NCBI RefSeq assembly: GCF_024521635.1
Contig: NW_026250407.1
Span: 1,550,001 to 1,614,000, forward strand
Direction of reading: 5' to 3'
Origin: Tricharina praecox
Taxonomy: Eukaryota
Length of the DNA stretch: 64,000 bases
The notes beneath the pieces were generated by a model. That model searched no databases, had not been told where the DNA came from, and was given only the letters and a program-made list of their open reading frames with translations. Each line of letters begins with the position of its first letter. The first letter of the stretch is position 1. Shown here one piece after another: positions 1 through 12,560 of this stretch. The position numbers and the translations under genes were made by a program.

Positions 1-2
1 GC

Positions 3-482
3 AACCAGTTGGACTACTATCTGGACCAGACTTGCAGCCAGGATACTATCGAGGGTGCTCAGTATCTCTCTCTTCATTCTCGCATCAGCAGCAACAAGCC
101 AACTTTCCGTCGCATCACGTTTGACATCGAGGGAGACACCACTTCATTTGTTCTCAAGTCGTTCAAGGTTTCCACCAAGCCTATCGGCAGTATCTCCAAC
201 AACGACTATGCTGGCATTGTCTACTGCGCCTGGACCGTCGAGGACCAGTACTACGTTGGATATCCGAGCGTCTGCGGTGACATCAATCTCAGCGGCCCTC
301 AACCGTTCCAGCAACTGGTGGAACTCAATTGGAGCAATGTCGCATACGTCGCTTTTGCCGGTGTTCAGAACTACAAGAAGCCTCCGACCTACAAGGAAGT
401 TGCGAGCGCCTCCAAGGGTGCTAAGCCCGTCGAGTTCCAGATTGACGACATTCGTGTTTGCGTCCCGGATGATGATGTTTAG
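3..482 (+). CDS. 3' part of a hypothetical protein (beta-rich domain ending ...VEFQIDDIRVCVPDDDV); the gene begins upstream of the window
   Basis: Frame is open from the window edge to TAG at 480-482, with C-ending codon bias; T-rich 3'UTR-like sequence follows. Confidence 0.6.
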   Translation, partial: NQLDYYLDQTCSQDTIEGAQYLSLHSRISSNKPTFRRITFDIEGDTTSFVLKSFKVSTKPIGSISNNDYAGIVYCAWTVEDQYYVGYPSVCGDINLSGPQPFQQLVELNWSNVAYVAFAGVQNYKKPPTYKEVASASKGAKPVEFQIDDIRVCVPDDDV

Positions 483-1121
483 ATTTTCATTTGATTTTCG
501 CGTTCGATGTTTGTGATGTTTCTAATGATTCCGGATGTGGGGTTCTCGGAGTGGTAGTAGGTGGTGGATTTTGTTCATGCAATTAGTGTTTTTTTACGCC
601 AAAAGCATTGCTTTTACTGTGTAATTCTGTGTTTGAAAAGTTTGTGTAATGATACGAATGATTGGTGCTCTTTGCACAAATGTTTTGTCAAGCGACTGGA
701 TTTCGATCACGTAGTGTTGCCATCGGGGAGTCGCTTCAATCTGAAGGTTATCTTCCATAGAGATTCCGCGGACAGGGTGAACCGTGAGCCTAGAAGCATC
801 TATGGATTCATCAGAATTTGCGGAAATATATCCATAGAGAAGTAAAGTTCATAAGGGCCAGAGTTCGTTGTGGGTGGGAAGGTCTTCTGTGTACTTTCGC
901 ATTCTCCATACACTAGCCGAGAGCTACTTTTGACTCCTCAACTCTCCATTCACACCTCCTCTACTTTCACAACTGTTTATAACCCTCCACTCGCACCACC
1001 TCCTCTACTTTCGCAACTACCCTCCACTCGACCCACAACTCCTCCTCTACTTTCACAGCTACACGCAACACCAGCGCACTCCACACCTCTCATACTACCT
1101 AGACAGCCAACGAAATCCATC

Positions 1122-1670
1122 ATGGCAAAGACGAAGACAATCGCCCGCCCAGCAGCAGCAGCTACGCGCACCTCGACGCGCATCCAGAAGAACAAGAACA
1201 AGAAGGCGGCCAGCGCGATTATCGCCAGCGCAATCCCTACCACCGCCATCCCCGTTCCCCCCGCAAAGCGCTTCGTCGGGCCCCTCCCCCTCGACCCCAT
1301 GAGCCCCGACGCAAAGCTATTTCGTGCTGGCTGTGCTGGCGGTGCTGGCATCAGCATGGTGATCTGCTTCAAGATCAAGAGTAAGGCACTTGATGGTGCG
1401 GACTTCCTCCCCCCTCCCCCCCCCTCCGCCCGCCACCGTGGAGCCCGGCTGACAGTCAGCGCAGCCGCCCTCGCGAAGAAGATGAGCCTCCTGGAGCACC
1501 CGGATCGTCCCGGGATGTTGATCCGTGGTGGCGACGACTCCGTTGAGGCTCACGATGTGGAGCGGGAGCTCAAAGAGATGAGGAAGCGGGCGGTGGAGCA
1601 GCTCGGCGGTGGGGAGAGCTGCGAGAGGGTGGCGAAGAGGTTGGGGGATATGCTCCTTGCTGAGTCCTGA
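1122..1670 (+). CDS. Hypothetical basic, low-complexity protein (MAKTKTIARPAAAATRTSTRIQK...)
   Basis: ATG at 1122 in an atcATG context after a pyrimidine-rich leader; intronless 182-aa ORF; no recognisable domain. Confidence 0.45.
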   Translation: MAKTKTIARPAAAATRTSTRIQKNKNKKAASAIIASAIPTTAIPVPPAKRFVGPLPLDPMSPDAKLFRAGCAGGAGISMVICFKIKSKALDGADFLPPPPPSARHRGARLTVSAAALAKKMSLLEHPDRPGMLIRGGDDSVEAHDVERELKEMRKRAVEQLGGGESCERVAKRLGDMLLAES

Positions 1671-2020
1671 TGGCCTACTTCATCGACCAGTTTCAGATGC
1701 CTGAAGCCTGAAGGCATACGAAGAAGAAGACAACTAACTACTAGACTCTTGAGGACTAAGCTCACGGAGCTGAAGAGATCAAGAGATCAAGAGGCGGAGG
1801 AGAAGCAGTGGAGAATGGAGGATGGCCTGGCGGGAGAGGGTGGTTAATTGGGACCCTCAGTAACCAGTTTGGCCTGGAAGTTGGGATCCACGGTGATGGA
1901 CTCTGGAGTATATGCTATTGAGAATTTTTTTAGAAAATGTTTCTTTACACTTCACTATTCTTCTAGCTTTTTCTTCATGTTGCGGTGTTGCAAATGTAGC
2001 CTGTCGGCATCGGAATGATC

Positions 2021-3075
2021 ACGGGCAGCGGCTGGGCCCCACTGCGGGGCCTTGTTAGCATTTAGACTTGTCTCTCTGGTGTGGGGTTTATCGTTATGTG
2101 CCCGGTGGCGAGAATATCATCATGTCTTGAGTTTATTTTGACCACGGGGTGGTGAAGGGGGGGGGGAGTCTAGGTCTGTGGGGATGTATAAACGTTAAAA
2201 TAGTAGAATGGAAAACTTATTTGATGCTTTTTTTGGTGTATTATTACATTATGTAATGCTGTTATAGCAAGAACGAGCGTTCAAAGCTGGGGGTCGAAAC
2301 TGTCCTTCAGTCTCATCCACTAGAAGATGCGAGAAAGCAACTCAAGTGCGCCGGACAGTGGACACATCCCATTCCGTCACATGATATCACTCTGCTCAGC
2401 ATTCCCACTGCAAAAACGTGAGTTTTACGGCTGTCTGTGGTGCAAACCCGCCATTTTTGGGCTAGTTGAGGGAGTCTTGGGAGACATGGTGAAATCAAAG
2501 GCTGCCGGAAAGTTTCGTAGGCCTATACTGTCGGCATCGGAATGATTATGAGCAGCGGCTGGGGCCCCACTGCGGGGCCTTGATACTTGTTAGCATTTGG
2601 ACTTGTCGCTGCGGGGTTTTATGGTTATGTCCCCGGTGGCGAGAATAGCATCATGCATTGAGTTTATTTCGACCACGGGGATGTTGAGGGGGGTCTAGGT
2701 CTTTGCGGATCAGTATAGAGTTAAGTAGTAGAATGGAAAACTTATTTGATGCTTTTTTTAGTGTATTATTACCTTTGGTAATGCTGTTATAGCGAGAACG
2801 AGAGTTTACAGCAGTGGGTCGAGTACTGTCTGTTTAAAGTTCAGGCACACTGGAAGATGCGAGAAAGAAATGAAACATAAGCTTGAGTGCGGCGGACAGT
2901 GGACACATCGCATCCCATCATGTGATATCACTCTGCTCCGCACACCCACTGCAAGAAAGGGAGTTTTACGGTAGTCTGTGGTGCAAAACCGGCATTGTTG
3001 GGCTAGTTAAAGGAGTCTTGGAAGGCATGGTGGAATCATCCACTGCCGGGAAACTTCGTATGGCTATATCCGTCT
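2021..3075. repeat. Diverged tandem duplication, two units of about 510-545 bp
   Basis: ctgtcggcatcggaatga starts at 2021 and 2528; shared blocks tagtagaatggaaaacttatttgatgc, ggacagtggacacatc and gagttttacgg..tctgtggtgcaaa occur in both units. Confidence 0.9.
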
Positions 3076-3782
3076 CGGCCTTCCCCCTCCGTCCGGCGAT
3101 ACCATCTGCGACGAGCATCAAGAGTTCACGACCACCACCACCACCACGACCACCACCACCACCACCACCGCCACCACCCTCACCACCAACCCCGCCCTTG
3201 CGATTACGCACAGCAACTCTATATATCGTGCAGACGTGCCTCCCTGCGATACCCTTTCGGCGGTCCTGGCAGATCTAGCGGTAGTTACCGACGACTGCGA
3301 TAGCATCCTCGCTTTTGAGACTATGTACACACGAAATTGAGTTATGTGGGGAGAGAGAGAGAAAACATCAATTTATTGCCGCATGTAGCCTTACTAGACT
3401 ATGGCGACCACCAACTTCCCAACCTTTCCTGCTAGCTCCGCGGGGTCGAGAGAAAGCTCTGCCACCATGGCCCGATGCTGCGCCGCTGCCTAACAACTGA
3501 GTTATGTGGGGTTGGTGGTTAGGTTAAGCTTTTTAGGAACGATGGCGAACTTCGGGTTGTGTTTCATTACTAAAGTTACATCTAGATAGCTTCTAGTTAG
3601 AGTGTGGGTAAGGGTTTTAACTTTTGGCGATGGGATCCGTGGAGACCATATTCCTTTTTCGCTTAGGAATTGACGACCAGCTTGGATGTCGATCACACGG
3701 GAGAAGTTTGACTGTTCAAAGCTAAAGACCGTTTTAACGGCAAAGTCTATTCTCCATTCAGCATATAATATTTACATTCCAC

Positions 3783-5777
3783 TCAATGAGAAAACCTAAA
3801 ATCCAACCTCTTATTCCCCCTATCCTCGGTAATGTTAAGGTACTCTTCCTTCTCTTTCAGACTCATCGCATTCCACAGCGTATCCCTTGTTTTATTCCTC
3901 CAGATGTAATAAGCCTTCGCCGCCACGAACAGGACAATGTTGAGGCCGCAGATGCCGATCAGCACGCGGTTGCCTTTGCGGTAGAGGGGCTTGTCGTTTT
4001 CGCGGTAGATCTACGAGCTTTGTTAGTGGGGAGTCGGCAGAGAAAGGGAGGTGCGTGAGAAGAGGTAGTTAGGTACGTTTGAGGCAATGATACTGCCCGC
4101 CTGAACGGTCATGTTGTAGATTGCACTGCCGACTGTGCGAGTGCGTACCGAGCCAGCGTTGCGAGAGGTTAACGCCACCTGAGTTGTGCCGATCAGTCAT
4201 CGTTAAATACGGGTGCGGAGGACGGAGTACTTACGATAATAGCATGGATGTAAACATGCCCGACGATGAATGTGCACGCGGCATAGCGTCCCCACACTGG
4301 CGCGGCGGCGGGAAGCGTGGCGAGCACTGCGAGTGGTATCAACAGCCAAACCTGGCCGACGACGCCGAGCAGTAACCGTTGGTTGATTCGTTCCGAGAGC
4401 CAGGTGATAATGAGGAGGACGATGATGAAGATGCATTGTGCCGGGATCGTGAGTAGGTTGGTTTCTAGAGTGCCGAACCCGAGTGAGCGTAGGGTCAGTG
4501 TGAGGTAGCTGGTCATGGGCGCAGAAGGAATGGTCCAGGTAAGGCCGATCAGATAAATTGGCCCTGGATCAAGTCAGCAAATAGCCTGCGGCGTCTAGGT
4601 GGGAGAAGAGAAGCGTACACATATCGTAATCCTTCAGGGACTCCCACAGCAACTTCAGTGTTACCGCTTGGCGATTATGCATATCACCTTTACTAGGATC
4701 ATCCCGCAGAATCCGATTGACGAGTATCACCTCCTCGCGCTCACTAAACCAACCATCATTTCCGCGGAGTCCTCCCTTCGTCTGTGTCGGCGACGGCGGC
4801 ATATAGAACCAACTCAGCAGTCCAATGATGGCCGTGAGCGAGCCCTCCAGCGCAAACAGCCAGCGCCAGCCTTCCATCCCGTTCACTCCGCGTAGACGAA
4901 GGATCCCAAAGGCGAGAAATGCCGATACGATTTGGGTGCTCATGTAGGCGGTCCAGAAGAGAGAGAGCCGGAAGGGTAGCTCTTTGGTTTTGTAAAAGTA
5001 GGTGAGGTAGAGGATGACATCGGCGATGAAACTAGTTTGGTCAGTAGGGATAAGATCGTGGGGGTGGATGGGGACGACGAACCCTCCTTCAATCAAGCCA
5101 AGAAGACATCTGCACACCACAAAGGAGGCATATCCATTCATTTTTGCCTGGCAGCTGGCCACGATACTCCACGAGACCATCTGAATTCTGCAAGAGACGC
5201 ATCAGCCAGGATCATCCACTGCCTTCGAAGTCGGTATACGTACGGAATCCATCGATCCGGCCCAAGCTTTTTACTGATCAGCTGTGACGGGAGTTCCGCA
5301 AACATAAACGAGATGTAAAACACCGTCTGTCCCCAGTTGTACTGATCCGTCGTGAGCCCCAGATCGTCCAGCATGTTATCCGACAGCGCCTGCTGAATAT
5401 TCCCTCTATCCAATTGCAGGGCGAAGAACATGAGGCAGCACCATGATGCGACCCTATAGTCGATCTTCTCTTGCAGTCAGCAATACGCCACAGAGAATTT
5501 GAATAGGTATCCTAACTTTCTTGACGATCCTTTTCTCCTCTACCTCCGTCCATTCCGCTGCCGGATCGTAGCGGTGGGCGCCTTCGTACTCCGCGATCGG
5601 CTTGTAGAAGCGATTCAGTGACGTTTCATGGCTGAAGGCGCCGCCGCCGTCGGCACTGGAGTAGGCGGGGATTGAAGTACTGGAGTCTGTGCCGCCGGCT
5701 TCCTTGTGCTTGGTGGAGGTTATGCTGGAGGCTGTCGAGTCGACCTTCGGAGCTGGAGGGAGGGAATAATCAGCCAT
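3783..5777 (-). CDS. MFS transporter, allantoate permease (Dal5/ACS) family, Soa1/AstA-like putative sulfur-compound transporter; multi-exon
   Basis: Motifs [70 protein letters not shown] and C-terminal [12 protein letters not shown] introns include 5465-5516 and 5188-5243. ATG at 5777. Confidence 0.92.
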
Positions 5778-7654
5778 TGCAGCGACAGAACTTGAGGAAT
5801 CGATGGAGTTTTCATATGCCAAGTACGGGTGTCTTATGTCTTTCCGACTTCTTTGGCTGCTACACCGAAGACGATCATGGCAAAGGCAAGCTGCAACAAA
5901 AGGTTGGTAGTATCAGCAACTGCACACTCCCGAGGAAGGTAGAAGACGGTACCGCTGGAGTGGGGGTATTCCCCGTTCCCTTCTGCCCCACCATCAATGA
6001 GGTGACGAACAGGCAGTGTGACGACAGGACGAAGGATAGATATCCACATTCTTCTCATTGGCTCACGCACGGATGGCCGTTGCATCGCTGAATTCCATCC
6101 GAGATGCGGTCCCGGAAAGAATTTATATTGGGGGGTGATATGCTGGCGAATCTGGCGGACGCGGTATCTATGGCGAAAGCGAAGGGTGCGATTGCAGAAC
6201 GGTCAGGATTGCATGGGTTACGTAGAATTACCTCTCCCACGCCCTGGGATGGATGTTGCATGAATAAGCGCGCAGGCGGCATGTAATCTACATACGGAGA
6301 AGTTGACCCTCGCTTCGCTTGGATGCAGCCGACTGGAGCGATCACGTCAAAGTGGGTGTCGGTCACACAAAGATACGGTTTGAAGTTTGAACTTACGATA
6401 AGGTCGCGCGCGTGACGGAACGCGAAACTGCTTTTCGGCAGCAGCACATGGGAAGATTAACACGGTTAACCAGCCCCCACGTCCGGAATGCTATGATGTA
6501 TTTCTTTTTCGGGTTCTTCATTGATCGTGTGCAGCCTATTTGGATTAGGTCTGGCGAGATTCACACCTCTAAGTTGGTACTTTCTGCAGCCCCCGATTTC
6601 GGGCTCTTGAGGCAATAACTGGCCCTCCGCCAGGCTAAGCAGCAGTATGCTTTTTACACAAGGCTCTGTGTCTGAGCTGGGCTCGAATTTCAGGGCTATT
6701 TCATTGCTTCACCATATTCGTATTCAGCCTATATGAGACTACGGCGTAAATTTGTTGCTTTTTTTGCCCACACTCCCGTCACGACGAGTGAATAGCCCGC
6801 CGCCTGGACCGGATTGCTGGGATATAGATCAACTTTGATATTACTAAGATGGTAATCGAGTGACGATGGGAGGACGTCGGGTAGAGTGCCTTGTGCCCGG
6901 CAAATCATGTGGTAGTCCGGGACTCCGAGTGGTGGTGGTCGAAATCAAGCCTTCGGGAAAAAATGAGGATGCGGCGTCCAGAGCGTGCAATTGCCTAAGA
7001 CCGACGCTTTAGAATGCTTACTACACTCGGAATCAAAGAGCAAAGTACTTTTAGCCTCAGTGATGTTGCTGCTAGGATATTTCACTGGTGATTTTTCACG
7101 AAACCTCACCCGTCCTGTTGGCGCACGTCAATCTAGTATCACACGCGACAATCCTCAAGTGGCGAAGCTGTCGTTGCTCGGCGGTGTGTGGTGGAGGGGC
7201 GAATGAGGTTGGGAAGGAGAATGGATACTCAGAGGAAGATTGGATGATGTGAGGATGGGGAATGGAAGTGAGAATCGCTGGGCTAGCGAGAGATCAGCGC
7301 TGTGATGTAACTACTGGTAGTTAGTCGCTTCATTCAAGCTTTGCTGGCCCAATCAGTCTACGATAGATGCACTCGGCATCACTCGCATAGATGATGGCTG
7401 ATGTTGATTATCTGAGATTAGATCTGTAGTACGGCCGCTGGCTCGATCATACAATGGCCTCTAGCTGGTACCAGTGTCTTTCATTCAAAACCAAAAGGGA
7501 TACCGAAAATCATGAGCATATCACCAAGCGCAGCGAGCGGAATAGAGGCCTCCGATTTTTTTAAAAACCGGTGGAGAATGGGCTGCTTAAGGTTGGGGTG
7601 TCGGATCGGCTTCGAATAGGAGTCCCCAACGTCCTCTTTTTTACCCATCACGTT

Positions 7655-7731
7655 CGCCACAGCACGCGTCACAGCACCCGCCACAGCACCCGCCACAGAG
7701 CTCGCCACAGCACTCGCCACAGCACTCGCCA
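7655..7731. repeat. 12-bp minisatellite (gccacagcac[tc]c) x about 6
   Basis: Directly visible tandem units. Confidence 0.85.
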
Positions 7732-8135
7732 TCAGTCTGACCTCACACGGTAAACGTCACACCCACATGTCGAGCTCTCCACCTTCCCAACTTCCCGCTC
7801 CAGGACGGTAGCGAGAAATGCCGAAGACAATTAAAGAGAGAACCTCACCGGACGTTATTCCCATCTCCGCCGCATGCGGAGCCGATGTACCGAATACAGG
7901 TTTCCGGAGCTCAAGGTTGCGGGAAAAGGGTATCCGAAGTAAGGGTGGTTTGATGTGACGACAGTCCTCCAACGTTCAACGTAGTCGAGACGTCATCATG
8001 TACACGAAGCGAGCTCAATATATATCCCTCCACGGTCTCCCACAAACCGATGAACAGCCTCCGCAAACTCTACAACGCCTATCCTTGAGAGAAAACGAAC
8101 GACCAGTAACAAAACGACCGTAAAACGAACTATCA

Positions 8136-9696
8136 ATGGCTCTCAACGCAGCCTCGAATCTGGCCGAGAAGGTTCTCGGCCGTGACTACTCCAACGTCGA
8201 CACCATCACCGACGTATCAAAGCCCGATGCTGCAGCCGGCACAGCAGATACGACAGAGACTATGAAGGCGCTGGCATGGTTTGGGAAGGGTGATGTGAGA
8301 GTTAGTATGTGCCTGCGACCTTCTCCCTTCTTTCTTTTCTCCCCATACTGACGAGAGAGAACCCCAGTTGAAACCCACAAGCCAAAGATTCTCGAGCCCA
8401 CCGACGTGATCGTCAAGGTGACCGGTACAACCGTGTGCGGCAGCGACATCCATCTGCTGCACAACGTGATCCTGCAGCTCAAAGCGGGCGACATCCTCGG
8501 GCACGAATTCGTAGGGCGGGTATCTGAGCTCGGCTCTGCAGTGACAGAGCTTTCTATCGGCGACCGCGTTGCCAATTCCTTTGTCGTCTCCTGTGGCGAA
8601 TGCAGATTCTGCAAGCAGAAGCTCACTACCGCCTGCGAGAAGACGAACCCGAGTAATGTGCACGGGGATCTGTACGGATCGAAGATGGGCGGGATCTTTG
8701 GATACAGCCATTTTGTGGGTGGGTATGCCGGTGGCCAGGCAGAGTATGTGCGCATTCCGTATGCGGCACAGAATTTGCTGAAGTTGCCGGACGAGGTGCC
8801 GGATGAGAAAGGTTCGCATCCCCTACATCTGTGTTTCAGTGCTCGATGCTAATTCCGTCCAGGCCTGTACCTAGCCGACATCCTGCCGACATCCTACCAC
8901 GCAGTTCAAGACACGGGCGTGTACGCCGGCGACGCCGTTGCGGTGTGGGGGCTGGGACCCATCGGCTTGCTGGTGTCGATGTTTGCCTTCAAAGCGGGCG
9001 CGTCGCGCGTGATCGGCATTGACGGAAACTTCCGCACCGAGTTTGCTTTGAAGAAGATTCCCGGGATCGAAGTGTTGGATTTCACCAAGCTCCCGCGGGG
9101 AAGGACTGTCACCGCCGAGATCCATGACCGTGTGCCGGGTGGTGTCGATGTCAGTATCGAGGCGGCCGGAGGGGAATATGCAAAGGGATGGGCACATAAA
9201 ATCGAGCTGGCGGTTGGGGCGGAGCAGGATACGAGCGAGCTGGTCAATGAGGCCATCACGTCGACGAGAAAATTCGGGCGCGTCGGGATTATTGCGGATT
9301 ATGTTGGCTGTATGTTACCGCTCTACCTTCGATGAAAGTGCTGATGCTGATCAAACAGTTACGAATCACTTCAACATCGGCTCGCTGATGGAGCGCGGGA
9401 TCAGGCTTATCGGCAACGGGCAATCTCCGGTACAGAAATGTGAGCGTCCTCATCGCCCCCACCTTTACATACCTAGCTAACAGGCCTTAGATTGGCCCGA
9501 ACTCCTGGCGATGGTAAAGAGCGGCGAGATCGATCCGACCTTCATCGTGACGCACCGGCTCAAGCTCGACGACATTGCGAAGTGCTACTACGTCCACGAG
9601 AAGAAGGAGCAAGGAATGGTTAAGGCGTACATCGAGACGCGCTTCTCGGCTCCGAGGGCCCCGGGGATTGATATGCCCGAGTTGAGTCGTTTGTAG
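8136..9696 (+). CDS. Zinc-dependent medium-chain alcohol dehydrogenase (formaldehyde dehydrogenase-like, YbdR-type); 5 exons
   Basis: CGSDIH, ILGHEFVG, structural Zn motif CGECRFC...C, GGQAEYVRIP, DILPTSY and Rossmann GLGPIG. Introns 8305-8367, 8812-8862, 9310-9358 and 9440-9490 join the exons in frame. Confidence 0.95.
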
Positions 9697-10098
9697 TCGG
9701 ATTTGAATATTATGTCCTTCAAACTTCCAAATTGAAGAATAACCTGTGACGTACGAGTGATATCCCATGGTCCCCAGCATCTGCTCTAGACCCAGCAGTC
9801 CTGGCTGTGCGACGCCACATTACCGACATATCCCAGCACCGGCCGCAAATAGAGTGTGGCTGCTGCTTCGCTGAGACACTTCATTTCCCTAGCGAATCGC
9901 ATTGTCGGTATGTAGCGTAGCACAAGAAGTCGCTAACAAATACGAGGATGTCCAAGTAGGCGAGAATGAGACAGACTGCTGTGATCTGTCCGGCTGCTCC
10001 CTATGAGACTTTGCCAGTTCCTGAAGGCTGAAGGCTGAAAGCTGAATCTGCCGTACCCAGTAGGCCCACGGCATTCGAAGTTGTGCACCAAATCAGAC

Positions 10099-11031
10099 AT
10101 GCAGTGGAAAGCAGCAGCACGAGCAGCAGCAGTAGCAGCAACGGTACTGGCGTTCGCCGGTACTTCGCCAGTCGCCGCACAGAAGGTCGCGATACAGTAT
10201 TGGTGCCGGCCCAACGAGGCGACCTGTAAAGCCCCCGGCGCAGAGGAGTTGAGTCTAAGTATCGGCTGTGAGTGCCCCCCTCCCCCCCCGTCCCTCTGCG
10301 TGTACATAGAGTACATACCGAACTCCACCCGAAGGCCGAAAGCTGAAAGCTGAAGACTGAAAGCTGATAGTGATATACCATAGGCCCAGCCCCCCACGGC
10401 GGCTGCGCATTCGCCCCCGACACCACAGAGCCAAGCGTGTGCTGCTGCGGCGCCAGCGAGATCCGGTGCTGGAAGGGTGGACAAACGTGCGATGGTCGGG
10501 CGTCACAGATGAGCGTGTGCGATTTCGGCGGGCAGAGTACCCCTTCCCTCCCCCCCCGCTTCCCCCCGCTCGTGCTGTCGCTGATGTGGTCAATGAGAAG
10601 CCTGGTGCTGCGACACTAAATGGGAGACCTGTGGAGTCAGCCCCGGACAGGAGGGTAGGTGCTACCTAAGATAGGGTAGGCCGCTGTTTTTCGGTTCCAG
10701 CCCCAAGTCTGGTTTTGAGACTAGCTCAACGTCAAAGTTTGACTTTGCTACGGTGGATGTCTTTGGGACGCATTTTAATACGGATACTGAGACTGGGGGG
10801 AGAGCGACGGCGACGGAGGCAGTGGCCACGATGAGGGGGGGACTGAGTGGGAGTAGGAGTGGGAGTGCGTCTACGGCCGCCGCGGGAACGGTAGAAACGG
10901 GGACTGCGATGGCGGGAGCGGCGACTGCGGGCGCGAGTGGAAGGTACGCGGTGGGTGGGGGGTTGCTTGTGGTTGCTCCGGTGGTGGTAATCCTGGGTTG
11001 TAGAGTGCTGAATGGACGTGTTGGCTTGTAG
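10099..11031 (+). CDS. Secreted Cys-rich protein with Ser/Thr/Gly linker and hydrophobic (GPI-signal/TM-like) C-terminus; contains an in-frame TAG at 10672-10674
   Basis: Signal peptide MQWKAAARAAAVAATVLAFAGTSPVAA. Introns 10268-10383 and 10537-10600 give a 14-Cys domain ending WCCDTKWETCGVSPGQEGRCYLR. The same frame continues past the TAG to ...AGASGRYAVGGGLLVVAPVVVILG...GL*. Confidence 0.7.
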
Positions 11032-12560
11032 GATGTGATATAAAATGGCACAATGTAGCTATGCTAGGCAATTGATGAAATGGATTTCGCGCCTGATGAC
11101 GGACTTGGTTTACCTGCACTCCGGAAATTTTGTAACCAGCCATCCCAAGTTCCCAAATTGAGCCACCTCACCTTGCCTTGAGGCCACTAATCTTATTCAT
11201 CGATCTCGAATAGGTACAGGATGGATGCAACGGTGAGTATACGGTATTAGGTAGGAGACCTAGATGTCATCACAGTAAATCACTCACCATCGAGTAATTT
11301 GCCATGAAGGAAATAATAACAAATTGCCCAATCCACCGTCCCCATAATTCGCAGCCCCAAATTGTAATCAAATTCAGTCCATTCCGCACCCTATTTAATA
11401 TCTCCCCCTAGTATCTCCCCTATTATCTCCCCCAGTATCTTCCCCAGTATCTTCCCCAGTATCTCCCCCAGTATCTCCCCTTGTCTCCCCCTTGTCTCCC
11501 CCTTGTCTCCCCCAAGTTCAAGTTCCAAGCACCTCCCCACCTCCCCCCACTCAACCCTCACACCTCAACCCCCACCCTCTCAACCAACCACCCCATCAAC
11601 ACCTGCCACGCGCGCTCCTTCAGCTCCTCCTCCGGATCGGCACCGTCCCACTCCCCTTCTCCCTCCACCTCCTCCTGGATTAATTCGAAGTCTTCATCCG
11701 GAGGGGCGGAGGCGTGGATCCATTCGTTGTCGTTGTTATTATTGTCGTTGGCGTTTTTACTGTCTGTTTTGGGAAGTGCAGGGAGAAGTGCGGAAGAACG
11801 GCGGCGGTGATGGGTATTCGGATGTAAGTTTCTAGAAGGTGTTCCGGAGCTGGCGGTGGCGGTGGTGTCGCTGGTGTTTCTGGTGGAGGCGGAGGTGGAA
11901 GAGGGGGTGGTGACATTGACCCATTCGGTGAGGTATACCCAGTCGGATGTGCGCCTTTCCCGCCTTTCCTGTTTTTCTCGCGTGTCTTGGCTGTCCTGGG
12001 TGTCCTGGGTCTTGTGTCGTTTGGCGTCTGGGAATTCTGACATTGTTGCGTCTGGGTAATCTGGCATTGTTGATTGGATGAACTTGTTGAACTTGGAGGA
12101 CTTTGTTGGACGTTGCCGTGAATGATGTAGATAAAGTTATAACTTTTTTGATGTGGTGTGTGATTTATTTGGGTAAAGTGCGCAGAAGGTGCAAGCTGAA
12201 AGGTAGGTGGAAGTAAGAGGAAGGCGGAAGCTGGGTGAAAGCTTGGTTAAGTTTTATCTTGGACGAGAGGGCGAGGGCGAGGATGAAGGAAGAACATTGA
12301 AGGACGGATTGCCGTGAAGGAATTGTATGCTGCCATGCTATCAACGATCGAATCCAGCATTCCTAAACCAAAAAAAATCTATATTCCATTCAGCGCAGAT
12401 AACCCCATATAATACAGTATTCCCACCAGTCTGCGCTTTCAGGATCCCAGCAGCGTATATATGTACATCCGCCAACACCCACCCCCACCCTCCATCTCCC
12501 ACTCTCTCCCTCTCTCCCTCTCCCTCTCCCTCTCCCACAGTCCGCACAGAAAGCAAGCAA
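11030..12560. repeat. Segmental direct duplication, copy A (partner at about 13875-15840)
   Basis: Collinear matches from tggcacaatgta(g/a)cta at the left end, through tatctccccc repeats and the ORF, to tccgcacag(a/c)aagcaag at the right end. Confidence 0.92.
11558..12067 (-). CDS. Orphan acidic, low-complexity protein, paralog A (169 aa)
   Basis: Intact ORF; conserved blocks shared with the 14508-15134 paralog: YPDATMS, TSDWVYLTEWVNVT, EWIHAS, DEDFE, EWDGADP.EELKERAWQVLMGWLVERVG. Confidence 0.7.
   Translation of the reverse strand: MPDYPDATMSEFPDAKRHKTQDTQDSQDTREKQERRERRTSDWVYLTEWVNVTTPSSTSASTRNTSDTTATASSGTPSRNLHPNTHHRRRSSALLPALPKTDSKNANDNNNNDNEWIHASAPPDEDFELIQEEVEGEGEWDGADPEEELKERAWQVLMGWLVERVGVEV

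Noticed and set aside
2327..3278. Similar short ORFs in the two tandem units (DSGHI...REFYG.LWCK)
   Set aside because: Substitutions fall at all codon positions and starts and stops are not shared; similarity is explained by the DNA duplication.
5800..6600. CYS-3/MetR sulfur-regulatory sites upstream of the transporter
   Set aside because: I did not find a convincing ATGRYRYCAT match by eye.
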